Part shown: positions 1 through 12,539 of the stretch, one piece after another
Layout: each line of letters starts with the position of its first letter
Numbering within the stretch: position 1 is the stretch's first letter
DNA from: Carcharhinus longimanus
Taxonomy: Eukaryota
Length of the DNA stretch: 64,000 nt
Assembly (NCBI GenBank): GCA_030264375.1
Contig: JASCQW010000112.1
Span: forward strand, 36,835,650-36,899,649
Direction of reading: 5' to 3'
Notes under the pieces: model-generated
The model's input: only the letters and a program-made list of their open reading frames with translations
Database searches by the model: none
Told to the model about the DNA's origin: nothing
Made by a program: the position numbers and the translations under genes

Positions 1-872
1 TGAGTTTCTAGGTCTTCACCTTTCATCAATTTTTGATGTTATTTGTATTTCACTATAAAGACCGACACAAAATACCTGTTCAATGCCTCAGCCATTTTCT
101 GATTTCCAGTTATTACACCCCCCCATCTCATCCTCTAAAGGACCAATGTTTACTTTAGCCACTCTTTCATTTTATATATTTATAGAAACTTTTACTATTT
201 GTTTTGTTATTCTGAGCTAGTTTACTCTTGCAATCCATCTTCCTTTTCTTTATAGATTTTTTCATAGCTTTCTGTTGACTTTAAAAGCTTTCCAAATCCT
301 CTAGGTCCCCACTAATCTTTGCCACTTTGTATGCATTTTCTTTCAATCTGATACCCTCCTTTATTTTCTTAGATATCCATGGCTGATTATCTCTTTCTAC
401 AGTCCTTCCGTACTACTGGAATATACCTTTGCTGAGCACTGTGAAAGTTCTCCACTGTTCCTCAATTGCCCTATCAAAGATTTTGCTCCCAGTCTACCTT
501 AGCCAATGCCTCCCTCATCCCGTTATAGTCTCCTTTGTTTAAGCACAAGGCACTGACAATGGATTTTACCTTCTCACGCTCCATCTGTATTTTAAATTCA
601 ACCATGCTGCATTCAATGCTTCTTCCAAGAGGATCCCTAACTGCAAGATTGTTAATTATTCCTGTCTCATTACACAGGACCAGGTCTAGGATAGCTTGCT
701 CCCTTGTAGGTTCCATCACATACTGTTCAAGGAAGCTATCGCGGATACATTCTATGAACTCCTCCTTAAGGCTGCCTTGACTGACCTGGTTTGACCAATT
801 GATATGTAAATTAAAATCCCCCATGATAATTGCTATACCATTTTTACATGCATCAGTTATTTCTTTGTTTAT
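1..872 (-). mobile_element. CR1-type LINE fragment (ORF2 AP-endonuclease region)
   Basis: ORF 474..824: GDFNLHINW...EFIECIRDSFLEQYVMEPTREQAILDLVLCN, typical CR1 endonuclease motifs. Confidence 0.9.
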
Positions 873-2734
873 TCCTAACAGCTTCCTGAAACTTTGGAAA
901 CAGTCTATACACTGTCAGCACTGGTGCATTGGTCATTGTTGAAAGGCATGAACCTTCTTCCCAATAAAACAAATCTTGGCTTCCCTTCAATTTTTAACAC
1001 CCAAGCCATCAAGCTTGATGTCACGAGAACTCAGAACAGGTCGCAACAACCCTTCATTCCTCCATTTTACACCAAATTAAAAGACAGGGTCCCAAAACAT
1101 CAATCTTATAAAACCTCATGTATAATACTTGATATGCATTTATAAAAAAACCTACAGTAAGACAGACAATAAAACCACAAATTATATGAGCATTTATGGC
1201 TGTAAGCTTTGTAACCTTTGACTTTAGCATTTCAGTACAAGGTCTAAGCAAACACATATGCACTGCCTTCTATGCTGCAGCATAGACTGGAGGACAAAAT
1301 CAAGGACTACAAAAGCTCATTTTAAATTACATCGCACTCAATTACAGATTTTCTCTTTCCTGTTTTTTTTGTCATAGGAAGACTTTTGACAGAAAGGAAA
1401 TATTACATGGGTAGCAGTAACTGCCTTGAAATAAGCATGAATCATTTTTCCCAGTTCAGAAATGCCAGCACAGTGAAGTATTTACACAGAGCAGAATCAT
1501 GGAATTTCTGCATCGTTTCTCAATGTAGGCATTTGTATCTCAACTGAGTTATTCACATAAACCAACTTCTTAAAGCCCTCAAGTCAACCTGCACCAAGTT
1601 AGCCAACCTTTAAGCTGACCTCGGCATAATAGATTAAGATTTATCAAGAAGTGCGTAAATAAAAAACCTCACTATTAGTGAGGTAGTGCAAATGCATTGT
1701 ATATTAAAAGAAGGTCTACACACTTGTCTGCACTAGCCCCTCTTTTTGCTGCTGACCCAGAAAACTGTCTTGTACGATGGATTTTAAATCCTTGAACTCA
1801 AAATATTTCAGCTATTAAAGAGACACTTCTTCAGCCAATAATTTATGGGTATTGCCTTCAATTGAGGCAGAAATTACCTTTAAATTTAGTATTTATTTAA
1901 AGGATCTAAATTTTTATTAATGATAAATTAATGATGATGGTTATATCCTTCAACAGCTCCAAGCTTGCAAAGCCAGGCAATTCACTTGATAAACTGAAGC
2001 ACATTCTCTGATAATAAATGTTTAAATTGATTACTATCATGGCTTATGGCATTATGTGCCTGCAATCTAACCTGTCACAATAGGCTCTGTATCTGAAGGG
2101 CATGGCCTATCAGACTAATCATTCCCAGCAAGACACATTTCCTCCCCAAACAATTAGCACCAGATCCTTCAAGCTTTCATCTAAACTCACTGCTTCTTCA
2201 ATGTCAATCTAAAATATTAATTTCACAGTCCTTGCGCTGAAGATTACTTAACAAAAAGCATAATTGAGAACAGTTGGCACAAACTAAAACATTATTATTC
2301 CTATAGGTGGTGGAAAAGGAGGGGAGAATCAGCACGTGACATTATTTCCAAAATAGGCATGTGCCAATGACAGACAAGAACAGATTGGGCTCAGCGCCAA
2401 AGCTGTAAAGCCTAGCAGTACTTTGTCGAAGTTCACCCACAAATAGTCTGTTTGTAACATACAACAGGATCGCTGGTATCCAACATACCACACTATGAGT
2501 GCTTTTTAAGAGGAGACAGGAAAAAGAGAGAAAATTGGCAACTACACACAAAAACACTAGTTTCTGAAGGCCCAATATAAAAGTCTTACCCTCCGAGAGT
2601 TGTGTACGTCAATTCAGGCTTAAAACAAAAAAGAAAATTGCAAAGTAAAACGGATACTAATAGAAGACAAGGGTTTGATTACAATAGTCTGAAATGTCAA
2701 GGAGATCAGGATAAACTATTAATACTTATAAGAT

Positions 2735-3200
2735 GATATTAGGGCACATGGAAGTAGGTTTTAGTAGCAAAAGAGACAGAGTGACAAGAGAATTCCAGAG
2801 ATTAGGACCTTGGCAGCTGTAGGTATGCTACCAATGGTGAAGCTATAAAAAGTCAGAATGACTATGAGATCAGAATTAGAAAAGTTCAATTGAAAGGGCT
2901 GGAGATTACAGAATTAGGGTGGGTGAAGTTATGGAGGGATTTGAAAACAAGGATGAGAATTTAAAAATCGCTGGTACTGTTTAACTGGGAGCTGATGTAG
3001 ATCAGTGAGCAGAGTGATGAATGGAGAATGGGATTTGGTGCATGTTAGAACATGCAACAGAATTTTAGATGACCTTGGTTTTATGGAAAGCAGAATGTGG
3101 AAGGCCTGCCTATTGTACATTAGAAGAATCAAATCCAGGTGTAACAAAAACATGGAAGATTTTAGAACAAGTATGATAGAAAGTAATGAATAGTCTGGTT
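2735..3200 (-). mobile_element. Decayed L2-type LINE 3' fragment
   Basis: Minus strand gives HVLTCTKSHSPFITLLTDLHQLPVKQ..., like the L2 ORF2 C-terminal 'HITPVLxxLHWLPV' motif. Confidence 0.7.
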
Positions 3201-3591
3201 CAGGCTGATACAATTGCCAGGGATGGGGTTGGTACCTAGGAAACAGGATTTGGGGGGGGGTGGGTGGCGGCAAATGGAAACCAATAAGCAGAATGTTGTT
3301 GAGGTGCCCAGGGGTCTTGCCTGCCAGCAGGGGAGCTAGAGGGAGAGCAGCAGCAGTGCTTCCTTTGGAGAAACCTGCCAAATCAGGCAGTTGAGGCACC
3401 AGCTGGAGGCCCTTTCCCACAAGTCAGGACTTGTGGGCTAGAGGCTGGCGGTGCCATAGGGAAAGCAGTGGTTACTGTCAGAGTGACAGTCACTGAAGTC
3501 CTTGAGTCGAAGAGTGATCCAGGTCTCAGTAATGGTGGGATTGGCTTTTTAAAGTGGCAGTTGTGGGGTAAGAGGGTTTGCTGTGGAAGTT

Positions 3592-3637
3592 GGGGGGGGG
3601 GGGGGGGTGTGTGTGTGGTGGTGGTGGTGGTGGTGGC
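3592..3637 (+). repeat. Compound poly-G/(GT)n/(GGT)n microsatellite
   Basis: Directly visible. Confidence 0.9.
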
Positions 3638-4559
3638 GACATCAGCAGCAAGGACAGGGGATAGATCTTCCCAATGCCAGGTCCCTCAAACAAACACTGA
3701 ATGCTTTTNNNNNNNNNNNNNNNNNNNNNNNNNNNNNNNNNNNNNNNNNNNNNNNNNNNNNNNNNNNNNNNNNNNNNNNNNNNNNNNNNNNNNNNNNNNN
3801 NNNNNNNNNNNNNNNNNNNNNNNNNNNNNNNNNNNNNNNNNNNNNNNNNNNNNNNNNNNNNNNNNNNNNNNNNNNNNNNNNNNNNNNNNNNNNNNNNNNN
3901 NNNNNNNNNNNNNNNNNNNNNNNNNNNNNNNNNNNNNNNNNNNNNNNNNNNNNNNNNNNNNNNNNNNNNNATCATTGCTGTGATTTTCTGACTATGATTA
4001 GACAGAAAGATGGAACAGGAGAAAGCAATTCCTCTGCCTCTCTCTACAGAAAGGTGCTGCCAATACCTACATCTCCATCTGCCCTAATATCTCCATATGC
4101 AGCTCAGTGTAAAAGGTTTTGATCATGATCCGAAGTACCTCAAGTCATTTTATTATGAAGATTCTACATTAATGATAATAGCTTACCATGATCCTTGATA
4201 TTTCAGTCTGACATCAAACCCTTGCCTTCTATTAAATGTTCATTGTTCTTTATTAATTTAAGCCTGAACAGGCATAGAAAGAAGCCCAAGGAGGCAAGAC
4301 TTTATACTGAGCCTTCAAAATCAATTGTTTTTAAGTGCCTATTTGCACAGCTGGATGACATTGGCGAGATGTCAGAGGACTATAGTGCTGAAAACCATGT
4401 TAAAAGCTAGACATAGGTCGCAAACAATGAGAAAAGATAGTTTACCTTAGGCGTAATCACAATGAACGTTGTCAGATATGACTTTGATAGGAACGGTCAT
4501 GAAGTGCTTAGTTACTCTATTAAATCCTCTGTGATTTATAATTCAACTCTATTTACTCA

Positions 4560-5270
4560 CATTTGCTCCAATCTTGATATCCTTAATTTAAAAAAAATCT
4601 ATAAGTTTACACCTCAGTCTCAATGGTCATTTCGTGGGACGAGTTTTAGATTCCACTATCCTTTGTGTGAAAAAGATACTATCTGATTTCACACACAATT
4701 GTCCTTATTCGCACATTAAGATTCTCAACAGGTTTCCATACCTGCTGAATTGATTCCTTTATCAGTTAAAGCAGCTCTTTATCATCCTTCAACCCTCTAC
4801 ATTCAGAGAATACAAGACATGTAATGCAGCCTGTCCTCATAATTTAACCATTCTTAGTCCCAGTATTCTAGACTTCTAGACACAATAACTGCTCAAAAGA
4901 TCAATATATTCCTCCTGAGGCCTGAAACAGAGTGCAATACTCCTGCCTGGGGTCTGTGTAACCGTAACATCACTTCCTCACCTCTAAATGCCAATCCTCT
5001 TAAAAGTAAAGGCCAACANNNNNNNNNNNNNNNNNNNNNACTTTTGAACAAGTAAGTAGCTAAAAATTGTGTGTTTTTATTACTAGGAAAATATTCCAAT
5101 TCCTCTTTCTTGGGTCAGAGGTGGATGAGCTCACACTTCCTGAAATTGAAATACATCTGCCAAAGCTTTGCCCAATTATTTGGGCTTCTATGTCCTTCTG
5201 TGACTTGCTGCTCTAATTTATATAACAAACATTGCCTCCTTAAATTTTATTTGAAAACTTGGATACACAG
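4560..5270 (-). mobile_element. Decayed CR1 LINE fragment (RT C-terminal region), contains a gap
   Basis: Minus strand gives LLRGLAFRGEEVMLRLHRP..., similar to the CR1 RT C-terminus. Confidence 0.6.
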
Positions 5271-6109
5271 CTCCTAAATTTCCGAAGAACACTGTCACAA
5301 CTTGCCAAAATGTTTCCTACACCCCTAATTTCTGTATCCCACCTCCTTACCAATTACCAACATCGCTGGTTTTCAGTTGTTAAGAATATGCACCACTGAG
5401 GAGAACACTCCTTCCCCACCACCTTCAACCGCACCACCCCCCCACCAACCAAAACTGAGAACTCAAATTGGGTGAATGTTGTTCCGTTTATCAAGATTTT
5501 CATTAATCTCTAGAGAAGGGCTGGAGAAAGCATCTCCAAGCGGTTGATTGCTCCCTAGAACCAGAGAGAAGGGGGACTTGGTTGGTTTACAATCTGCAAA
5601 CCAGCAGCTTAAAAACAATGGGAAGGAACTCAGATTAATTTGTAGATTCTTGACAATAACCAGAATTTATTCGTCTGGAAGATTCAACATTTGGTAACAA
5701 TTGAGTCTATCAAATTGATAAAAGGAATGATGCAATGCTATTGTCTCCAATCCCTAAATGATGCCTTATTTTCTCAACTGCTAGGATTAAATAAAAGCAT
5801 GTATGCATTAATTTAGTGGCTTCAATTTCAGCAGGAAATGGTCGCATCTGCATTTATCTTTTAAGTATGAAACTCAAATGTACCCAGATGGCAAATACCA
5901 GAAGATACTATATCCCTGTCAGATTTAGATAGCTTCAAACATTTAATCAAATCCACACAGTCAGTATCAGCTTTCGGAGATAAAACTTCCATACATGCAG
6001 CCCAAAATACCTTCTCGGGGAACAAAATTCTATTCTTAGGATAACAGCAGCAATATTTGCTGTTACATAAAGAATTCATTAATTGTGGAGGGATGGTGTA
6101 AGCTGTGGT

Positions 6110-6390
6110 TCCATAGCAGCATTCTTTCCTGAGATTATGCCCTTAAGTCCCACAGTGAGCTGAGCATAAATCTAGGCCAGTGCAGTACCATGGGAATGAT
6201 GCACAGTCAAAGGTGCCATCTTGCAGTTGAGCTGTTAGACTGGGGTCATTCTCGCTAATATCCTAGTCAAAACCGGTTGTCGCATTTCTGACATAAAAGT
6301 GACTATATTTTAAAATAACTTCATTGGTTGTAAAATGCTTCAAGCTGTGCTGAGATCATGAACACACTGATAAAACTGCACATCTTGCCT
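6110..6390 (+). mobile_element. Decayed Deu-domain SINE (SacSINE1/AmnSINE1-like)
   Basis: ccagtgcagtaccatgggaatgatgcacagtcaaaggtgccatcttgcagttgag...ttcattggttgtaaaatgcttc resembles the DeuSINE body and tail as I recall them. Confidence 0.55.
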
Positions 6391-6934
6391 TATTTTCAGA
6401 AAATTTCTTAAAACTGATTTAATTTCTACACACTCGAAACAGATTAACTCCAAGTTAAGAAACTTCCTGGAAATAACATTTCAAGAACCTGCCAACAAGG
6501 GGCAATAGTGCTTCTGGTCTGCACATTTTAGGAACAGTGGTATCACATGATTTAATGACCTCTTTCGAACCACAATCCAGGTCTGGAAACTTCCATCACA
6601 CAGCAAGATTTAGTTAAACTTGGAGTGTATAGAACTAAATCTTGCAACCAACAATAAAACCTTTATGGTGAAGGGAGATGGGCACTCATTAGGGAAATAT
6701 ATCTTTCATTCTATGGTGCAGAATCAGAATGAAAGAACAAAGGTCAAATCCATGACTGCACATGAAGTAAAATCTTGGCGATTAGATGACCACCCAGAAA
6801 ATAAATGAATAAGAAAGGGCTGAAGAGCAGAATTATAAATGCTGTTTGACTCACAGGATAAGCTCTACAGTTTTGCAGATTACAAAAAACTGAAGCACCA
6901 TCATAATGAAGGAATGGTGGTATAGTTCAAGCCA

Positions 6935-7172
6935 GGATAGTGAGGACATCACCACCTGCAAGTTGTCTTCCAGGCCACACAATATCCTAGCCTGGAATGA
7001 TACCTTTGCTATCGCTGAGGCAAAATCCTGCAGCCAATTCCTAACAGCATTATGGGTGTACTAGACTATATGGCCTGCAGTGGTTCAAGACGACTCACTA
7101 ATACCTTTGCAAGGGCAATTAGGGATAGGCAATAAATATTGGCCCATCCAGTGACACCCACATCCTGTGAAA
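6935..7172 (+). mobile_element. LINE 3' end (tail shared with the SINE at ~49850)
   Basis: aagggcaattagggataggcaataaatattggcc...cacccacatcc; a similar tail occurs at 50163-50215. Confidence 0.6.
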
Positions 7173-7423
7173 GAACTACATAATGCCATCATTGGTGGGA
7201 GGATTGTGAAATTCTCCTGAAAATTTAATGACTCTAACTTACCACAAAAAATTACCACATTGCTTTGAAATAAAGTTAATGCTGTGCATGCTCATCACTG
7301 TATACATTTTTGGACTTGTAAATAGCATATATCCCAGATCATAATTTTAACAATGACAATTATAATACATTTGTTGGATGAAATAAAGTTAGAGTAAAAA
7401 TGCAATTTCTCTTGGCCAAGTAC

Positions 7424-7645
7424 CTGCTTGTTTTTGTACTTTTTCAAATAGCGAGGAGACACGAGACACTCTGGATTGATGTCTGTTGAGTTCTGGTCTG
7501 GAATAACTTGTGGATCAGGGTTTAAATGTTGCATCTTCAAAAATGATAAGATATTCTGCACCTCAAGGCTATATGAGCTGTCTGCCATGGTCTTGCCCTT
7601 TGATGCTAGTCTGCAGGCTGCCATCCACTGTGCATACTGCTTTTC
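7424..7645 (-). CDS. FERMT2: Kindlin-2 coding exon (~exon 12, 222 nt; [74 protein letters not shown])
   Basis: Overlaps ORF 7295..7624. attag acceptor; CAG|gtactt donor. Confidence 0.97.
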
Positions 7646-8262
7646 CTAATGAAAGGCATAAGAGTTAACTTCAAAAAGAAGATATTTTATCCCCTTCAAA
7701 AATATTTTCTTCACTTGAAAAACTTTTCTTAGATTGCAATGTTTATCAAAGAAAAAAAAACTTTATATTGAAAGCTATTCACTATTATAATCAAACATTT
7801 GATCCTATTCAGGCTTTACATTTCAGTTGATGGGGGGAGCTTTCGGTCAGGTTTACATCTAATAAAAGCATAAAGAGCACAAGATTTACAGTAAATTTAT
7901 CTTCTTTTTTTAAAATAAAAAAATCTATAAAGTCTCCATTGGCATCAGAATCAAAGTGAATATAATTTTCAGTATCACGTACAACAGATTTACATGAACT
8001 CCACAAATTAGATATGTATCAAATTACTACTGAAATCTATTAACTTGCTTTAAAGTGTGACATATCATTGTGTGTCCTTGTAACATGATTGCACAGACAT
8101 CAACTGGCCAGAGACAAGGGCAACAGAAAAAGAGACAGGGAACAACAAATGATCATTTTATTAGGATGTCATTTATTCAGACAGCCTAATTTAGTTACAC
8201 AAATTCAAGGATTTGTGTACAGCAAGTCAAATTCCACTTCTTTCATATCGGATTGAGATTTT

Positions 8263-8576
8263 GCACTGTGGTTAGCACTGCTGCCACACAACGCCAAGGA
8301 CCTGGATTTGATTCCAGTTATGGGCGACAGTTTGAGTGGAGTTTGCACATTCTCCAAGTGTCTGTAGTTTCTTCTGGGTGCCCCAGATTCCTCCCACAAT
8401 CCTTAGACATGCAGGTTAGGTGGATTGGCCATGCTAAATTGCCCCATTAGTGTCAAAAGATATGTACGTTAGGTGGAATAGCCATGGTAAATGCATGGGG
8501 TTGTGGCAGATGCTCTTTTGGAGTCAGCATAGACTCGATGGGCCGAATGGCCACTTACTGTACTGTAGGGATTCTA
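8263..8576 (+). mobile_element. tRNA-derived V-SINE (HE1-like)
   Basis: A-box tggttagcactg, B-box-like ggatttgattcc, V-domain gtggagtttgcacattctcc...gttaggtggattggccatgctaaattgcccc, tail ctgtagggattcta. Confidence 0.85.
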
Positions 8577-8688
8577 CAGTTCGGTGTTGTGTTTGGAGTT
8601 AGTGCCTATGTTTCAAATGATGCTTGTAATCCACCGATCTGTATAATTTAACCACTGAGATACTTCATCTGCATTACGTTTCACCTTG

Positions 8689-8856
8689 AATCACAGAATC
8701 TCTACAGTGCAGAAGGGAGGCCATTTAGCCCATTAAGCCTACACCAACATCAAATTCACCTAGCCCCTATCCCTGTAACCCATGTATTTACCCTGCTAAT
8801 TCCCTAACCTGCACATCTTGGGACACTAAGGGGCAATTTATCATGGCCAATCAACC
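8689..8856 (-). mobile_element. V-SINE 3' half, reverse orientation
   Basis: Reverse complement of the SINE tail and body (ctacagtgcagaagg...taaggggcaattta..atggccaatcaacc). Confidence 0.8.
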
Positions 8857-8858
8857 AT

Positions 8859-9300
8859 GGGCAGCACGGTAGCACTGCTGCTTCACAGCTCCAGGGTCCT
8901 GGGTTCGATTCTCGGCTCAGGTCACTGTCTGTGTGGAGTTTGCACANNNNNNNNNNNNNNNNNNNNNNNNNNNNNNNNNNNNNNNNNNNNNNNNNNNNNN
9001 NNNNNNNNNNNNNNNNNNNNNNNNNNNNNNNNNNNNNNNNNNNNNNCTGTCTGTGTGGAGTTTGCACATTCTCCTCGTGTCTGCGTGGGTTTCCTCCGGG
9101 TACTCCGGTTTCCTCCCACAGTCAAAAGATGTGCGGGTTAGGTTGATTGGCCATACTAAGAAATTGCCCCTGAACGTCCAGGGATGCGTAGGTTAAAGGG
9201 ATTAGTGTAGGGGATAAATGTCGGGATATGCGGGTGGGATTGTGTTCGGTGCAGACTCGATGGGCCTCTTTCTGCACTGTAGGGTTTCTATTTCTATGAT
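8859..9300 (+). mobile_element. Young V-SINE (HE1-like), interrupted by a 100-N gap
   Basis: gggcagcacggtagcactgctgcttcacagctccagggtcctgggttcgattc...tgcactgtagggtttcta. Confidence 0.88.
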
Positions 9301-9784
9301 TTGTATAACCCTTGAAATACAGTGCAAGAGACAAATAGTGACACAGGAACACTGAAGGGAAAACATTTTGCGTAGAAATGTATCTCAGGGTTACAATTTT
9401 GATTTCTACAACATACTGCTGCATTCTTAAGGTTAAAATGAATCTTTCTTTTTAAATAAAGCTACACTGACAATCATATCAATATGTACCAAGTATCTTG
9501 ACTAAGATATTATGTATTTAAGTTAATCATATTAAATACTTTACTCAAACAGTCAAAGAACCATAATAAATAACCAGAATAAAACAGAAATGAGTTATAT
9601 TGAAACTAAAAATTATTTTCCAGAATCAAATCAGTGCCTAATAGGACTCAAATGATTTGAGGATTGGAGTTAATTTGCATTTTTCTCCAGATACATGTTC
9701 ACAAAAAATGAATGTAAACATTATTCATAAGCGCAAGTTCCTTTTGGATTCTGAAAATACAATCAACGAAATATCAATACTTAC

Positions 9785-9891
9785 ATTGTCACAACGGAGC
9801 CAGATTTCATTCATTCCCTCTGCCACTGGTATCAGCAACTTGATATTAAATTTTTGGCCAGATATGTTTACATCAGGGGTCACCTCACAAC
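9785..9891 (-). CDS. FERMT2: Kindlin-2 coding exon (~exon 11, 107 nt; [36 protein letters not shown])
   Basis: atag acceptor; AAT|gtaagt donor. Matches the kindlin-2 PH-domain sequence as I recall it. Confidence 0.97.
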
Positions 9892-10439
9892 CTATTTCAT
9901 AAAATTACAGGAAAAAATAAATTAAGCTTAGCTTCATGCTCAAGAATTAAAGTATGGCTTAGTTCAGAAACATAGCTTCACCAACTGTAGCAAGTGGCAA
10001 CCAATTAATCCATCATTCAGAACAAAATTCCACTAAGCATTTTGAAACAGTCATCACTCAGCTTATCAGATCTACAATGGCAAGATTGCATTCCGGTCTC
10101 ACTGATATGGCATTTATTCTTAATCCAGCAGAGTAAATAACATTCTGCACCAAGTATGGGAGAGACATGACGGGCGGGAGGAAAGTAGAAAAAGTGAGCA
10201 TGTTTTATATTGAATTTATTTTTAAATTTTTTTTGTTAATGACTATAGTAATTAATTAACATAAGACTATCTAAAGACATTATACCCTGTAAGTTTAATG
10301 TTTAATTTCTGATGGGAAAGGTTCTACAGGTGCCAGCTAAAGCTCTTACATTGGTTGTAACGAAAAAATCTTTTGCTAAAATATTGTTTCATTTGAAGTT
10401 GTGCTTTTCATGAACACAACTATAATGTTAAGTGAGGAA

Positions 10440-10680
10440 TTATTGCACAACTGCCAATAGAGGTTGATGGAAGGGAATGCATGTCAGCTTGAGTCAGAGG
10501 AATGAATGGGCTGGGAGGGGTTTTGCACAGCCTGATGTACAGAAATGGAGGCAGAGTGTGAGGCTTTGTAGGAACTAGGATCCAATGTAGATCAGTGAGA
10601 ACTGGCAAGGGAGGTAAAATGCAGCAGAAGTTTAGATAACGCGTATGAATAGTGCAGGACGACAATGGAGTAAAATGACT
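10440..10680 (-). mobile_element. Decayed L2 LINE fragment
   Basis: ORF 10420..10665 contains PLPVLTDLHWILV, an L2-type motif. Confidence 0.55.
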
Positions 10681-11390
10681 CTGTTTAGGATACTATTAGA
10701 AATAGTTAGAGGAAATCTTGTGTATAGATTTTGCTAAGTAACTTCTTCAGTTCACTGGAAGCATTCGGAGCTCTGTAAATCAGGAAGAGAAAATATTTGC
10801 AAGATACATCCCATCACTTGAAGGTGGGAATGCTTGTGAAAATATTAATTACAATATGATACAACTGGAAGTCTGAACTCCTCTCCAAATCAGCTGAAAT
10901 TTTAGATTGTGATCAAGAAGATTTTTGTTAGGCAAGAATATTAAACAAAATACTGTACAGAGGAATTGAACAGTGAACTGTTCCTCTGTACAGCATTTTA
11001 TGGTCTGAACCATTAATTCACAGTGTGGTTGTTAATCTGCAATAGATGGCAGTGGTCAGCTTTCCACAATTAGGATGGCAGAAGGAAAGCACACCTGCTA
11101 ATTCTCCTGTCTTTCCTCCGGCAAAAAAAAAGCCTTGCTTCTAGACTCTAGGAGTTGGATGCTGGAAGGAGGGGAAAAATGAAGAGATGAGAAAGAGTTC
11201 ACCATTCACACTTTCAGATATACTCACTATTTCTGACTCAGACGGGTTTGTATTGCCCTGAGTCAATATATGATTACCTACTAGAATTTAGAATAAATGC
11301 ACCATTTTGTCCTTCAACTGGCATGATTTTGCACATTCTCGAGTAGATATTGGATATCACTATGTTATGGCACAATAAAGTAGCTCTCAC

Positions 11391-11515
11391 CTCGCAAGTT
11401 CATCTGATGAGCAGGGGGCCCATGGGATTCATCTTTGCTTTTGTAGCAGGAGATTGATGTATCTTTAAATGTACACCAATATGGCTTGTAACCTTTGAGT
11501 GTTAATTTCTTTGGT
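11391..11515 (-). CDS. FERMT2: Kindlin-2 coding exon (~exon 10, 125 nt; PH domain [41 protein letters not shown])
   Basis: tatag acceptor after a pyrimidine tract; G|gtgag donor; phase 2/1. Confidence 0.97.
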
Positions 11516-12014
11516 CTATAAAAAGGGGAAAAAAAATATTTTGAACTCTCATTTGTGGGTCAACAGGAGTTTAACAACTCTAGGGAAGATTTTGTTAACT
11601 TCAGCCTGACAAGTATGGACTATATTTATTGCCTGCAGTCAGTGAAGTCAGTATTTTGGCAGAGAATTTGAATTCAAGACAACAAAATAGACTTTTTTTT
11701 CGCTGAGGGCCACCCCCACTCCCCTGAAGAAATGCACCATTTAAGTGACTCTTTTAAAGAGAAAAACATTTTCCAGTATGAAAAACAGAACGTCAGAACT
11801 TTGCAATACTTTATCATACCTCACAGGCTTCTGTAAAGGACAATAGATTGTGAAAGGACTTTGAGAACATAGCCTCCCAAATGCAAATGCTGAAAATGCT
11901 ATGCAACAGTGAGATTGGCCCCATGGGCACTGAGGTTAATCTGGGTGCATCCTATGAAATTTTTCAAAAGTTGCCAATAGCAAGTTGATTTATCAACTGC
12001 TCATTATCAAAGTT

Positions 12015-12227
12015 TTTAAAGTTTATTTACTAGTCACAAGTAAGGCTGTGAAGTTACTGTGAAATTCTCCCAGTCATCGCAGTCTGGTGCCTGTTCGGAT
12101 CAATGCACCTAACCAGCATATCTTTCAGATTGTGGGAGGAAACCAGAGCACCCAGAGGAAACCCATGCAGACACGGTGAGAACATGCAAACTCACAGTGA
12201 CCCAGGCCGGAAATCATACCTGCGGCC
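12015..12227 (-). mobile_element. V-SINE, alternative-tail subfamily
   Basis: tttatttactagtcacaagtaaggct...gtgggaggaaaccagagcacccagaggaaacccatgcagacacgg; same tail type as the copy at 44295. Confidence 0.8.
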
Positions 12228-12539
12228 NNNNNNNNNNNNNNNNNNNNNNNNNNNNNNNNNNNNNNNNNNNNNNNNNNNNNNNNNNNNNNNNNNNNNNNNN
12301 NNNNNNNNNNNNNNNNNNNNNNNNNNNAAACAGTTTGAAAAACGGGAGCAGAGGTGAATTTTAACTCTCCATGTTTACTGTGAACTGGGCGGAGGAGTCA
12401 ATGAACATAGAGATAATATGGGAAAGGCTTTTGTTGCAAATTTGGTTGCTGGTAGAAGTTTTCAATGAGTTTGGGTTTACGGAGATTGGAGCAACTTGTG
12501 CAGTTTGTGGACCTGTGAGAAAAAAAACATTGTGGGTCT

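Noticed and set aside
1100-1120. Minus-strand GGT TTT ATA AGA TTG (GFIRL), resembling the PGY/FIRDL cassette
   Set aside because: No flanking acceptor/donor pair giving an in-frame exon.
1666-1689. Palindrome acctcacta-t-tagtgaggt followed by tgaggtagt (let-7-like 5' end)
   Set aside because: Only 9 nt match let-7, the remainder does not, and there is no pre-miRNA-sized hairpin. Likely chance.
3468-4122. Long ORFs in the track that span N-runs (also near 8.8-9.2, 23.1, 24.8-25.3 and 28.1 kb)
   Set aside because: Open only because Ns hide stop codons; the flanks are microsatellite or SINE sequence.
8859-8925. tRNA gene-like A/B boxes (also at other SINE heads and ~49850)
   Set aside because: They continue directly into SINE bodies and do not form a full cloverleaf.
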